64,000 nt of DNA from contig NW_005201183.1 of assembly GCF_000372725.1 (NCBI RefSeq), forward strand, positions 129,972 to 193,971, in the 5' to 3' direction. Below the pieces are notes generated by a model. The model saw only the letters and a program-made list of their open reading frames with translations, made no database searches and had not been told where the DNA came from. The first letter of the stretch is position 1; each line of letters begins with the position of its first letter. A program made the translations under genes and the position numbers. This document shows, piece by piece, positions 61,766 through 64,000 of the stretch. Source of the stretch: Emiliania huxleyi CCMP1516 (taxonomy: Eukaryota).

Positions 61766-63814
61766 CGTGAGAAAAAGAAGTTAAACACAGACAGGCTCGA
61801 CACAGGTGCGAACTGGCGCGTGCTAGTACTACCACAGGCAGAGAAAAGAATTTTACGCGCTTCGCTCTCGAGAACAATTTCAAAAGAGAATTTACATCGG
61901 GCCAAAAACTGTCCGCGTGAGCAAGCAGGGCGGGGACACACGATTCCAGAAATGGTTGTGTCCCCGCTCCTCGCTCGCCCGGGCGGAGGGCATGGCCGCG
62001 GAGGAGGCGAGTACGCGCTGCCAGGCCTTCCGCAGACAGCCTCTTGGCCAGACTGAGGGTCGGCTTTGTGTGGCGTGGCCCGTGCGCTGCGCTGCACAAA
62101 GCTGCGTAAACTGCGGGAGCATCCTGTGCTTCCTTTGGGAAGTGCGCACTTCCTGCAGCTGGTGGAAGGCCGTGCCGCCGCTCGTCTGCTCCGTGGACAG
62201 GGCGGGGAGGCGGCACCGCAGCGCCGCAGCGTCCGCTGCACGCCGGTGCAGCACTCTGCTGCCTGGTGGGCAGCATGCTGGTGCTGTGCGCGGTGTTTGC
62301 GAGGCGGCTTTGGCGCTGTACTGCCAGCCGAGGCGAGTGGCGCGCGGCACGCGCGGCGCCGCGCGTGGCCCGGATGGCGCCTGAGAGCGCGCTCGATGAG
62401 CCAGCCGGCGCGGCGCGAGCGCCGTGCAAGCTGGCACATCGTCTGCATGCTGCCGTCGATTCTCTGGTCGACGGCGGTCAATCTCACGATTGTCGATCAA
62501 AACCGGCGGGCTTTGTGACGCCGTTTACGCAATCGTTTTTTGGCCTCGCTTTCTCTTTTGCTTGGTTTTATTTTGTTTTTTCGTTTGCGAAGCGACAGAG
62601 GGGGGGGCGGGCGGGCGCTAACTATGGGCAACTACATGTCGAAGGTTCGAGGTCGACTACTCCCCCCCTGGGTTTTTTGGGGGGGGGGGTTCCTTAAAGG
62701 ACCGGGGGGGCCCCTTTCCCGGGGGGGGGAAGGTCCCCTTTTGACGTAAAAAGGGGGGGCAGGGAAAAGGGCCCCACTCATAAATTCCACTAATTTTTTC
62801 CCTGGCCCCCCCCCCCCCTCGGAGGCCGCGGCCTTTCCCCTGGGGGTCCCCCCCTCCGGCCTCCTCCTCCTTGGTCCTTCCCCCCCGGCCGCCGCCTTCC
62901 CCGTCACCTCCCTGGCCATCCTTTCCTTCACCGCCTTCCTGGAGGTTCCCCCTCCCTCCCCGCCGGGACCGCCTCCCCNNNNNNNNNNNNNNNNNNNNNN
63001 NNNNNNNNNNNNNNNNNNNNNNNNNNNNNNNNNNNNNNNNNNNNNNNNNNNNNNNNNNNNNNNNNNNNNNNNNNNNNNCCTTTTCCCTTTTTTTTTTGGG
63101 GGGCCCTCCCCTTTAGGGATCTTTTTCACCCCCGGGGTTTAGTTTTTGGGGGGGTTCCCCCCAGGCGTGTTTTTTTCAAAAACCCCGGAACCAAAATTTT
63201 GCCCGGGGGCCCAGCATATTAAACGGGTTTTTTGGCGGTTCCCCCTCTAACCTCGGGGGCCCCCCCCCCCCCCCCCGCCGCCGTTTCCTTAATCTTCTCT
63301 CTCGCCGTTTTTACAGGGCGGCTTCCTTTTCCCCCCCCCCCCCCCCACACGCCCCACGGCCGCGGAAGCTGCCCGCCGCGGAAGCTGCTCGATAGGTGTC
63401 TCGCAGCTGCGTATTCTCGTATTCTCGTATTCTCGTCGCGTAGTGTGATATTGCGGTGGGGCGGTGCGTATTCTCGTATTACTAGCTCCGAGTAGAGGGC
63501 AGCGTCCTGCAGTTAAGGGGAAACCTGGTACGCGGGTCCAACCCTCGGAGAGTACTCTTTAGCTCCGAGTAGAGGGGGCGCTCCGCTGCTAGGGGAAACC
63601 TGGAGCGCGGACTAACCCTCGGAGACGTGTTATGGCCCTGCGACCGCGCACCCCCGGGGCTAGGGCTCTCTAGCCCGTAACCCGATGCCGAGCGTCCGGC
63701 CAACTGGGTGCGCTTCTCAGCTCCCCGGTCCTGGGCGTGAGGTTACTGATTGCACTCCAAGTGCTCCAAGTGCGTGGGCGGTTGAGCATCCCTCCGGGGG
63801 CCCCTCTGCGCCGT

Positions 63815-64000
63815 GCTGCCCAAGAAGGTCGAGGCCTTTGCAGGGCGGCGCGTCGTCGCTGTGTCGGCTGGACGCAGCCACAGCCTCACCACCACCGCCG
63901 ACGACGCCGTCTTTACCTGGGGCAAGGGCGGCCGCGGCTGCCTAGGCCACGGAGAGGACCTGTCGAACCAGCTGCTGCCCAAGAAGATCGAGGCGTGGGG
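63815..64000 (+). pseudogene. Isolated last-repeat fragment of the same RCC1 family
   Basis: LPKKVEAFAGRRVVAVSAGRSHSL..VFTWGKGGRGCLGHGEDLSNQLLPKKIEAW; the upstream sequence is repeat-derived. Confidence 0.75.

Noticed and set aside
62650..63350. Homopolymer-rich low-complexity region
   Set aside because: It flanks an N-gap and is partly a degraded version of the repeat at 15600-15950; likely sequencing error.

Overview
GC-rich eukaryotic nuclear DNA from a draft assembly with three N-gaps (7416-7515, 12882-13225, 62979-63078). Very high GC, frequent GC-AG introns and introns filled with ~11-nt tandem repeats resemble the haptophyte Emiliania (Gephyrocapsa) huxleyi; this organism call is inference. 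Recognisable genes: an F-box/Cys-rich protein, a SAP+PPR protein, an M11-like metalloprotease, a DUF4419 pseudogene, a cupin, a class I sirtuin, a multi-TM CHAT-like protein, an aldo-keto reductase, an HXXEE protein, two intact RCC1-repeat paralogs plus a fragment, an RRM-DnaJ protein and a stand-alone adenylation-thiolation-ankyrin (NRPS-like) gene. They are interleaved with retroelement remnants (RNase H, retropepsin) and several dispersed repeat families. The most striking signal is a recurrent 'echo intron' architecture. In at least five unrelated genes, the intron end is a 10-39 nt copy of the adjacent exon around the (A)G|GY junction, and the interior is usually an ~11-nt or telomere-like tandem repeat. 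This suggests ongoing intron creation by duplication plus repeat synthesis. Exon boundaries were read by eye and are provisional.
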